From the NCBI GenBank assembly GCA_031316235.1, contig JALDRA010000001.1, positions 420,001 to 452,000 of the forward strand: a stretch of DNA of 32,000 bases. The letters run 5' to 3'. Below the pieces are notes generated by a model, which did not search any database, was not told the origin of the DNA, and was given only the letters and a program-made list of their open reading frames with translations. Below, piece by piece: positions 17,465 through 25,165 of the stretch. The translations under genes and the position numbers were made by a program. The stretch's first letter is position 1, and each line of letters begins with the position of its first letter. Origin of the DNA: Candidatus Scalindua sp. Its GTDB lineage: Bacteria; Planctomycetota; Brocadiia; Brocadiales; Scalinduaceae.

Positions 17465-18112
17465 AGAGGGTTTCCGTGCCACCACAATGACCGACTTCGT
17501 ATAATCAACCCCTATCATTCGATGGAAAGGTGCGATAAATATACGTTTGAGAAAAAATTTCACTCTTGAAGCGTTATAGGTGCGGTATATTTCCTGGACC
17601 TCAAGACCGGCACGCAGGCACAATCCGCCAAGCTCCTCATAGCTGTAGGGAGTGCGGTGTGTAGAATCCATGAGATAGCAGGATGGATTAAATATATTGG
17701 GTGTGCTCATAACCAGGCATGCACCGGACTGCAGAACCCTCGCACACTCCCTGATCAGATCCTCCCCCTCCTGAAGCGTAAGGTGTTCGATAACTTCCCA
17801 CGAAATAATAAGGTCGAAGTGCTCCTCAACTTCATGCAGGCTTCCGTAATCAGGTGAAAGAGCCGGATCTACATCCACCGTCTTGAATATAATATCCGCA
17901 TAAATTCTCTTCAAACGCCGGCCCCACTCCGAATTACCGGCTCCGACGTCTAATATCCGTGCACCATCTTTCATTAACGATCGAACAAGCTCAAGACGTT
18001 TCCGTAAAACGGGAACCTTCCAGATTGAATTATACCGCTTATGAATCTCGTCACGATTACGGAACACATTGGACCATGAAATTCTCGTATCGGTTTGTTG
18101 TGCATTTGACAT
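17459..18112 (-). CDS. Class I SAM-dependent methyltransferase
   Basis: 217 aa. Motif I ILDVGAGNSEWG and post-I/II motifs (DLIISWEVIEHL). The last two sense codons and the stop lie inside the family-2 element. Confidence 0.8.
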   Translation of the reverse strand: MSNAQQTDTRISWSNVFRNRDEIHKRYNSIWKVPVLRKRLELVRSLMKDGARILDVGAGNSEWGRRLKRIYADIIFKTVDVDPALSPDYGSLHEVEEHFDLIISWEVIEHLTLQEGEDLIRECARVLQSGACLVMSTPNIFNPSCYLMDSTHRTPYSYEELGGLCLRAGLEVQEIYRTYNASRVKFFLKRIFIAPFHRMIGVDYTKSVIVVARKPSG

Positions 18113-18164
18113 CTTCTTATTTAGTACTTAAAAAAACCGAGAGGTTAAATCGAAACTACCCTGA

Positions 18165-18276
18165 TATACAAAAACCGATCTGGTTTTCGGTTTTACCGGA
18201 AACCAGATCTTGGTGAAGGTATACTCGCTCAATTTTATCTCGGATTTTATCCGAAAACCATTGTAAGATGAGTACA
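18165..18276 (+). repeat. Family-1 bipartite hairpin repeat, short form, copy 7
   Basis: Reads tatacaaaaaccgatctggttttcggttttaccggaaaccagatcttggtgaaggtatactcgctcaattttatctcggattttatccgaaaaccattgtaagatgagtaca. It carries a compensatory T-A to C-G change in the X stem. It lies 53 nt upstream of the methyltransferase start. Confidence 0.9.
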
Positions 18277-18539
18277 TTACCGCAACTCGGCAGATGGGCA
18301 GTATTCTTTCCGGCACCATTTAAACGCATGGAAGGGTGAGGAGTCAAGCCTATTTTAACTCTCGGCCAAACCTTTACAAGGGATACTTATCGTTCCAGGG
18401 ATGTCATCCCCGCATGTTTTCTGGCAGGAATCGAGAGTAAGTTCACTGCGAAAGAAGAGCTAATCAGCCGTAACCCCTCTATAAAACAATGGTTAAGCAT
18501 GGCCATAATTCCTGAACTGAACACCTCGTTAATAATTAC

Positions 18540-18567
18540 TTGATATTTTCTCGTATAAAATCATAAT
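18540..18567 (+). promoter_or_regulatory. Sigma70-like promoter (TTGATA-16 nt-CATAAT) reading through repeat copy 8 into the glycosyltransferase gene
   Basis: TTGATA at 18540-18545, a 16-nt spacer, and CATAAT at 18562-18567. Pattern match only. Confidence 0.3.
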
Positions 18568-18608
18568 ACTACCTTACCAAGAGCATGATCTCTGTCAGCT
18601 TTGCAGCG

Positions 18609-18748
18609 TATACTGAAACCGCTTTGGTTTTCGATTTTACCGGAAACCAGATCTTGGTTAATGGTATCCCCGGACAAAAAGCGCCGAGGACCTTACTCGC
18701 TCAATTTTATCTCGGATTTTATCCGAAATCCAGTATGAGATGAGTATA
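18609..18748 (+). repeat. Family-1 bipartite hairpin repeat, long form, copy 8
   Basis: 140 bp, with 138/140 identity to copy 9 by direct comparison. Contains the 25-nt linker insert ccccggacaaaaagcgccgaggacc. Confidence 0.93.
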
Positions 18749-18795
18749 TTGAGAAAATAATGAGTGTAAATAATGAGTGTATAGAGCCGCGTTTT

Positions 18796-19992
18796 ATGAA
18801 AATAGCCCTGATAATCTACAAATTTTTACCCTCAAAAGGTGGCGGAGAGGGGTATCTCTCATGCCTTGCAAACCAACTGGTGAAAAGAGGCCATGAAGTA
18901 CATGTTTTTGCCCACGATTGGGAAAATAATAATAGCCTCATACAGTTCCATACCATACCGGCCATACGATTTCCAAAATTTCTCAAAGAGGTTTCGTTTG
19001 TGATAAACAGCCGGAGAGCTCTGCATGGAGAGGATTTTGACATAGTACAGGTTGTTGGAAGAGCACTGGGAATGAATATTTTTAATCCTCACTGTGGTGT
19101 GGAAAAGGCATGGCTGAAACAGGACTTTCAGTCAATCAGAAATCCCTTTTACCGATCACTGAAACAGGTTACAAGATTTTTCAGCCTGAGACAGAATTTT
19201 ATTCTGTGGCTCGATAAAAAACAGTATACGGATGAAAAAATATCCAGAATTATTGCCATCTCCGACATGATAAAGAACGACATGATACACTACCATCATG
19301 TTGATCCGCAAAAGATAACCGTAATCTACAACGGTGTGGATACCGGGAGATTCAATCCGTCCAGGAGAGACGATTTCAGAAAAGTAATCAGAAAAAAACT
19401 GTCTATTGGTGAAGAATTTGTGTTACTATATGTCAGCAATAATTTCAGATTAAAGGGCCTTGCCACACTCATACGGGCTCTTGGAGTACTGAAGCAGACC
19501 CATCCGGATTTCAAGGCGCTGATAATCGGGAGAGGGAAAAAGAGTCCATACGGTAAATTGGCAAAGAAACTCGGTTGTCTCGATAACGTACTCTTCTTAG
19601 GTCAGGTTAATGATATTGAAAAATACTATGCAGCATCTGACTTATATGTCCACCCCACTCTTTACGATTCCTGTTCACTGGTGGTCACGGAAGCCCTGGC
19701 AAGCGGCCTCCCGGTTATTACAACACAATATGACGGGGCAAGCGGTTTAATCGATGACGGCAAAGACGGTTTTGTCATGAAGGATCCCCTGGATTACCAG
19801 AATTTAGCGGAAAAGATAGCGGTTTTTTTTGATGAGGAAGTGAGACAGAAGGCCTCGATCGCGGCACGAAAAAAGGCAGAAAAATACCCCGAAGAGGAAA
19901 ACTGTGAGAAAATTATTGCGGTATTTAAAGAAGCAGCAGGTGACTTTTCTGAAGTGCTGCCGGAAACCCGCCGGCCACATGTCATTACCTGA
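18796..19992 (+). CDS. Glycosyltransferase family 4 (GT-B, group 1)
   Basis: MKIALIIYKFLPSKGGGEGY... is a typical GT4 N-terminus, and the C-terminal part has the ...YVHPTLYDSCSLVVTEALASGLPVITT EX7E-type motif. The track start at 18760 lies inside a 13-bp tandem duplication next to the repeat, so ATG 18796 is preferred. 18760 remains possible. Confidence 0.85.
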   Translation: MKIALIIYKFLPSKGGGEGYLSCLANQLVKRGHEVHVFAHDWENNNSLIQFHTIPAIRFPKFLKEVSFVINSRRALHGEDFDIVQVVGRALGMNIFNPHCGVEKAWLKQDFQSIRNPFYRSLKQVTRFFSLRQNFILWLDKKQYTDEKISRIIAISDMIKNDMIHYHHVDPQKITVIYNGVDTGRFNPSRRDDFRKVIRKKLSIGEEFVLLYVSNNFRLKGLATLIRALGVLKQTHPDFKALIIGRGKKSPYGKLAKKLGCLDNVLFLGQVNDIEKYYAASDLYVHPTLYDSCSLVVTEALASGLPVITTQYDGASGLIDDGKDGFVMKDPLDYQNLAEKIAVFFDEEVRQKASIAARKKAEKYPEEENCEKIIAVFKEAAGDFSEVLPETRRPHVIT

Positions 19993-20047
19993 ACCTTTAT
20001 CCTGCTGAAAGGGTATTCGGAAAGATTATCGGGCTGGCAGAAGGAGA

Positions 20048-20187
20048 TATACTTAAACCGATTTGGTTTTCGATTTTACCGGAAACCAGATCTTGGTTAA
20101 TGGTATCCCCGGACAAAAAGCGCCGAGGACCTTACTCGCTCAATTTTATCTCGGATTTTATCCGAAATCCAGTATGAGATGAGTATA
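20048..20187 (+). repeat. Family-1 bipartite hairpin repeat, long form, copy 9
   Basis: 140 bp, differing from copy 8 at only 2 positions. A direct repeat of copy 8 located 1,439 bp downstream. The 20097..20357 minus-strand ORF is a translation of it. Confidence 0.93.
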
Positions 20188-20239
20188 TACGGGTTTATTG
20201 AGTGCAGGAGAAATACAATTAACGGGATGTAATACCTAT

Positions 20240-21259
20240 ATGAGAGTACTGTTCTTAGTCCAGGGAATGGAGGTAGCCGCAAGCAGGTATCGGGTCCTTC
20301 AATATCTGCCTTTTTTAAAGGAACATGGAGTACAGCCAACTGTCCTCCCCTTTCCAAAAGGGTTCTTCGAAAAGATACGGGTATTTAAGAGCATCCGCCA
20401 CTATGACATCCTGTTTATCCAGAGGAAAAGATTTTCCTTCCCCTGGCTCCAGTACATAAGGAGGAATGCAAAACAGATAGTCTTTGACTTTGATGACTCA
20501 ATAATGAACCGTAATTCGAAGGCAGACCGGCCTGAATCAAGGACACGGGAAAGAAAATTCGGGAATATGGTCGCCTCCTCAGACTACATAACGGCCGGCA
20601 ACGCGTTCCTGGTGGAGAAGACAAGACCCTACACGAAAAATGTTATGGCTATTCCTTCACCAATAGATATGTCCCGATATTCACAGAAAAACTATCCGGA
20701 AAAAAATCATACCGTTACATTGGGCTGGATAGGTGCGCATGGAAGCATACATTACATGAAAAAGATGAAGCCTCTCTTTGAAGCCCTGGGGAAAAAATAT
20801 GACAATGTGAAACTCAAGGTTGTGTGTGATGTTTTTTTCGACTGTGAAAATATGGTGGTTGAAAAGAAGCTCTGGAACGAACAGGATGAAGTCAGGGATA
20901 TCCAGAGTTTCGATATCGGATTAATGCCGCTGATCAATGATCCCTGGTCGCATGGCAAGTGCGGCCTGAAAATACTCCAGTGCCTGGCAGCAGGTGTTCC
21001 CGTGGTATGCAGTCCCTTTGGCATTAACAAGGAGATCGTTGAGGATGGGGTGCATGGCCTCTGGGCAGACACAGAAGAAGAGTGGTCAGAAAAGCTGGAG
21101 ATATTGATCAATGACAAGGCTCTGCGCGAAAGGATGGGAAGGGAAGGACGCAGAAAAGTTGCCAGGGACTACTCGCTTGAGACACACGCACCGAGGATGC
21201 TCAATCTCTTCAAAAGACTGGCAGATGATTTCAGAGATAGTGATACAATGCGCAATTGA
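20240..21259 (+). CDS. Glycosyltransferase (GT-B fold, group 1-like)
   Basis: MRVLFLVQGMEVAASRYRVLQYLPFL... and the C-terminal GKCGLKILQCLAAGVPVVCSPFGINKEIVEDGVHG are a GT-B nucleotide-sugar binding region. The start is set at ATG 20240. The track TTG at 20198 follows directly after the repeat. Confidence 0.8.
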   Translation: MRVLFLVQGMEVAASRYRVLQYLPFLKEHGVQPTVLPFPKGFFEKIRVFKSIRHYDILFIQRKRFSFPWLQYIRRNAKQIVFDFDDSIMNRNSKADRPESRTRERKFGNMVASSDYITAGNAFLVEKTRPYTKNVMAIPSPIDMSRYSQKNYPEKNHTVTLGWIGAHGSIHYMKKMKPLFEALGKKYDNVKLKVVCDVFFDCENMVVEKKLWNEQDEVRDIQSFDIGLMPLINDPWSHGKCGLKILQCLAAGVPVVCSPFGINKEIVEDGVHGLWADTEEEWSEKLEILINDKALRERMGREGRRKVARDYSLETHAPRMLNLFKRLADDFRDSDTMRN

Positions 21260-21343
21260 TTCTTTAACCATTATTCGGCACCAGAGGTACAGGTCAGAGA
21301 GTGAAATTTAGCAATTAAAAATGAACACAACTGGTCAAGACTT

Positions 21344-22852
21344 ATGAGAATTCTTTTTATCTATCCAAATATCAATGCTCAGGTCGGGTTTAATTTCGGG
21401 ATCGTCTTCATCTCTGCCCTCCTCAAAAAGCACGGACATGAGACCAAACTCTTAAACCTGAATGAGAAATTGTCAAAGTTACCGGATAATGAGGAAATTC
21501 AGAAAATAATCGAAGAGTACGACCCACAGCTGATTGGATTTTCTGTTGTCACCCCGCAATATCACTATGCCTTGAAAATAGCAAAACAGATCAAGAGCTT
21601 CTGTGATACCCCTATTGTCTGCGGAGGAATTCACGCTACCATGGTCCCCGAGGAGGTGGTCAGGGAAGATTGTATCGATTATGTCTGTGTCGGAGAAGGA
21701 GAGGAGACGGTTCTTGAATTAGCCAACAACCTTGAAAAGCAGATGGATACAAAACAGATTGCTAATTTATGGACAATGGATGGAGAAAAAATAATCTCAA
21801 ACAAGGTCAGGGCCCTGCCCGATCTTACAAAATTACCAAGAAAAGACTATGAGCTCTTTGATTTTCAACATATGATTGATGCTGAAAGCGGTTGGGTACG
21901 TATGATGACGTCAAGAGGCTGCCCTTTCAGATGTACCTACTGCTTCAATCACTCTATCGTAGAGCGGTATAAAAGCGAAACCGGCGCTGCAGCAAAGGAC
22001 CTTAACTATATAAGAAGGCACAGCGTTGACGACGTAATGGATGAAATCAACTATCTGCTCGCCAGCTATAAAAATATTACAACATTCATTTTCGATGATG
22101 ATATCTTTACTTCCAACAAGACATATCTGAAGGAATTCTGTAACAAGTATAAAAAATCGGTAAAGGTTCCTTTTGTTGCAAACGCACATATCAGGGCGTT
22201 TGATGACGAAAGGGCCAGATTACTCAAGGAAGCGGGATGTATCATTGTCAAGTTTGGCCTGGAAAGCGGAAGCGAACGGATCAGACGGGAGATACTCCAT
22301 CGCCCGATGACAAATGAAGAGATCACCCATGCCTTCGAATGCGCCCACAGGTATGATCTGCACTCTTCAGCATTTGTCATGTTTGGACTTCCGTATGAAA
22401 CCAGGGATGATATTTTCGAAACTATCAGGCTTCTCGGCAAAATAAAACCGGGCCGCTTCAGGTGGTCTATTTTCTACCCATTCCCCAGAACAACGGCCTA
22501 TGATATCAGCAAGAAAGGGAATTTCATAAATTTCAATAAGATGAAGACCCTTGATAACTTCACCGATGATACCTGTCTCGATTTCGGGGAGGAGCATAAT
22601 CTCTTTCTTGCAAGGCTGCAGCGAACCTTCCCATGGTATGTCAACGTACATTGCAATAATTCATCAAATGGAGTATTTTCTGCACTCACAGAGATGATAG
22701 AAAAAACCTCTTCCCGGGGATGGGAAGAGATGAAAGAATCCATCATCCCCTGTGATCGGGAGATTTCAAAACTGTTAAAACTGGCAAACGTGGAACACTA
22801 CGCTATTAAATATAACACTTTCACCGCAGTAAATTCGAAATGGGACAGATAA
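21344..22852 (+). CDS. B12-binding-domain radical SAM enzyme (class B-like)
   Basis: 502 aa. N-terminal Rossmann-like cobalamin-binding region (MRILFIYPNINAQ...LIGFSVVTPQY...PIVCGGIHAT). Radical-SAM box SRGCPFRCTYC. Overlaps the heptosyltransferase start by 13 nt. Confidence 0.85.
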   Translation: MRILFIYPNINAQVGFNFGIVFISALLKKHGHETKLLNLNEKLSKLPDNEEIQKIIEEYDPQLIGFSVVTPQYHYALKIAKQIKSFCDTPIVCGGIHATMVPEEVVREDCIDYVCVGEGEETVLELANNLEKQMDTKQIANLWTMDGEKIISNKVRALPDLTKLPRKDYELFDFQHMIDAESGWVRMMTSRGCPFRCTYCFNHSIVERYKSETGAAAKDLNYIRRHSVDDVMDEINYLLASYKNITTFIFDDDIFTSNKTYLKEFCNKYKKSVKVPFVANAHIRAFDDERARLLKEAGCIIVKFGLESGSERIRREILHRPMTNEEITHAFECAHRYDLHSSAFVMFGLPYETRDDIFETIRLLGKIKPGRFRWSIFYPFPRTTAYDISKKGNFINFNKMKTLDNFTDDTCLDFGEEHNLFLARLQRTFPWYVNVHCNNSSNGVFSALTEMIEKTSSRGWEEMKESIIPCDREISKLLKLANVEHYAIKYNTFTAVNSKWDR

Positions 22853-23961
22853 TCAAGGCAAAGAAAATCCTGGTCAGGGCGCCAAACTGGGTAGGTGATG
22901 TTGTCATGGCAACCCCCTCTTTCAGATGCATCCGGGAAAATTTTAAAGATTCACACATAACACTGCTGATAAAGAGAAATTTACAGGACATGATCAAGGG
23001 TTCTCAGTGGTTTGATGAATTGATAGCATTAGAACCCATTGAGAGAAGAAATACCCATGGTATTACGATACCAATCCTGAAATACCTTACCGGCATAACA
23101 AATTTCTTTTCACTGATATACCGGCTGAGACAGGAAAAATACGAGATTTGTTTTCTCTTCCCGAACTCCTTCAGCTCCGCCCTGTCAGCATGGTTAAGCG
23201 GGATTAAGATACGCGTCGGATACAAACGGGATGCACGCTCTTTTCTCTTAACGGACGGTTTGGAACGAAGGTATGAAAACGGAAGTTTCCGTCCATCCTA
23301 CATGGTAGATTATTATCTGCGCCTGTGCACGCACGTTGGGTGTAAAATAGACTCTAAAGAGCTGGAACTCTTCATCAGCAAGGCAAGTGAAGAGACGGCA
23401 AATCATCTATTCAGAAAATATCATATCGGTAAAAAACCTTTTGTCTTGATCAATCCGGGGGCATCCTATGGTTCTTCAAAGTGCTGGTATCCAAAGGAAT
23501 TTGCCAGGAGTGCGGATTTATTGAAGGAAAAGATGGATTGTGATATTGTACTTGTCTGCGGACCGGGTGAAACCAGGCTGACAGATGAAATTGAGCAGTT
23601 TTCTCAAAGAGGTGTAATCAATCTTTCCGAGGACCTGATCCCCCTTGATGTCCTTAAGGTCTTTGTAAAGAGATGTATGCTCCTTATCACCGTAGATTCC
23701 GGCCCGCGCCATTTTGCCGTAGCGCTGAGAAGGCCGGTTGTCGTATTGATGGGGCCGACAGACCCTCGATACACCCAGACAGAACATGAAATAGGCGACG
23801 TTATCAGAGCAGAGGCTGATTGTTCTCCATGCCATCTCAAGACCTGTCCGACAGATCACCGATGCATGGTACAGATATCGCCGGAAAAGGTTGTTCATAC
23901 CTGTATGAGCATATTAGAAAATCGACCCTCCGGGGCCAGGTGCAGTCAGGTGGTGTCCTGA
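22840..23961 (+). CDS. waaF: ADP-heptose:LPS heptosyltransferase (GT9), WaaF-like
   Basis: 373 aa. ILVRAPNWVGDVVMATPSFRCIRENF, NPGASYGSSKCWYPKEF and ITVDSGPRHFAVAL are GT9 heptosyltransferase motifs. Heptosyltransferase type II is an inference. Confidence 0.8.
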   Translation: MGQIIKAKKILVRAPNWVGDVVMATPSFRCIRENFKDSHITLLIKRNLQDMIKGSQWFDELIALEPIERRNTHGITIPILKYLTGITNFFSLIYRLRQEKYEICFLFPNSFSSALSAWLSGIKIRVGYKRDARSFLLTDGLERRYENGSFRPSYMVDYYLRLCTHVGCKIDSKELELFISKASEETANHLFRKYHIGKKPFVLINPGASYGSSKCWYPKEFARSADLLKEKMDCDIVLVCGPGETRLTDEIEQFSQRGVINLSEDLIPLDVLKVFVKRCMLLITVDSGPRHFAVALRRPVVVLMGPTDPRYTQTEHEIGDVIRAEADCSPCHLKTCPTDHRCMVQISPEKVVHTCMSILENRPSGARCSQVVS

Positions 23962-24035
23962 TTGAGGAAATTCTATTTTAAGGTTTCCGGCTTAAGTGTG
24001 ATGTGACATAGTATCAGTCAGTTATAAAGAGAGAG

Positions 24036-25055
24036 ATGAAAATGGTTCGAAAAAACATGGAGAAGGAAAAAGAGTCGTACAAGGCACTTATTGAAAATTT
24101 TCACAACGTCAATGTTGCCGTAATTGGTGACCTGGTTGCTGACGAATATGTCTACGGAAGACAATTTAAACTTTCGCGCGAGGCACCCGTAATTGTTGCA
24201 AAGTATGAAAATGAGGAAGTTCTCCCTGGAGGAGCCGGAAATATTATTAATAATATTGTCTCATTAGGAGCCACAGCCTTCCCGATTGGCCTGATTGGAA
24301 ACGACCAGAATGGAAAAAGTCTCTTAAACTATTTCACGAATCATGGAGTCGGCACTGAAGGAATTTTCACCTGCAGCTCCCGAATAACCATAACCAAGAC
24401 CCGCTTCCTGGTCGGAGATTCACACACCACAAAAAGACAGGTAGTACGCTTCGACAGGGAACCTGATACGACTATGGACAAAAGAACTGAACAGAGTGTC
24501 ATTGATTTTATTGATGGTATCGAGGATAAGGTGGACATCTGGATAATATCTGATTACAACTATGACATCATCACACCATCCATAATTCAGCGTATAAGGG
24601 AACTGGCAAAGAAAAAAACAGTAGTCGCAGATTCCCGGCATAGAATTAAAAAGTTTGAGGGAGTTACCATTATCACGCCGAACGAATCGGAAGCAGAAGA
24701 GGCAACAGGGAGGAAGATAGAGAATCAGGACCATTTATATGAGATAGGTGCACAGCTGCTGAGAGAGGTGAATACAAAGGCTGTACTCATTACCCAGGGC
24801 AATCAGGGAATGACGCTCTTCGAAGACGATGGAACAATTGAAAAGGTTCCCGTCTACGGGAAAAATGACGTTATTGACGTAACAGGTGCGGGAGATACCG
24901 TTGCAAGTGTACTTTCACTAAGCATCGCTTCCGGAGCCACTCTGGTACAAGCTGCTCGACTATCCAATTACGGTGCATCGGTTACCGTCATGAAGAATGG
25001 ACCTGCTACTGCCACCAAGTCAGAACTCCTTAAGGCTATAAATAACCATCCGTAA
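24036..25055 (+). CDS. rfaE1: D-glycero-beta-D-manno-heptose-7-phosphate kinase (RfaE domain I, PfkB family)
   Basis: 339 aa. VAVIGDLVADEYVYG..SREAPV...PGGAGN... and DVTGAGDTV are collinear with the N-terminal half of E. coli HldE. Confidence 0.85.
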   Translation: MKMVRKNMEKEKESYKALIENFHNVNVAVIGDLVADEYVYGRQFKLSREAPVIVAKYENEEVLPGGAGNIINNIVSLGATAFPIGLIGNDQNGKSLLNYFTNHGVGTEGIFTCSSRITITKTRFLVGDSHTTKRQVVRFDREPDTTMDKRTEQSVIDFIDGIEDKVDIWIISDYNYDIITPSIIQRIRELAKKKTVVADSRHRIKKFEGVTIITPNESEAEEATGRKIENQDHLYEIGAQLLREVNTKAVLITQGNQGMTLFEDDGTIEKVPVYGKNDVIDVTGAGDTVASVLSLSIASGATLVQAARLSNYGASVTVMKNGPATATKSELLKAINNHP

Positions 25056-25165
25056 CACGTTGAACAAAACTGCCTGCCTGCTGTGTTGCTGCACTAATAG
25101 ATTACTTTACAGATATAACAATTACTGCCTGAAAACTTTTATCTGGAGACAAATGAGGAAATAAC

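Noticed and set aside
3596-20187. Idea that family-1 stem substitutions are G:U-only on one strand, which would indicate an RNA of defined polarity
   Set aside because: The consensus does have two G:U pairs in the X-then-Y strand. When I tallied the derived changes, about 5 favour that strand (copies 2, 6, 8/9) and about 4 favour the opposite strand (copies 7, 8/9). The polarity cannot be decided from these copies.
3596-20187. Possibility that the repeated elements form a CRISPR array
   Set aside because: The repeats are 112-140 bp, kilobases apart, in both orientations and separated by ordinary genes. No cas genes are present.
25108-25128. TACTTTACAGATA (left of the islet) versus TATTTTACAGTAGA (28426-28440) as possible att-like direct repeats
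   Set aside because: Only about 9 of 10 bases match over a very short AT-rich stretch. The second site is inside the islet, not at its edge, and no integrase is present.
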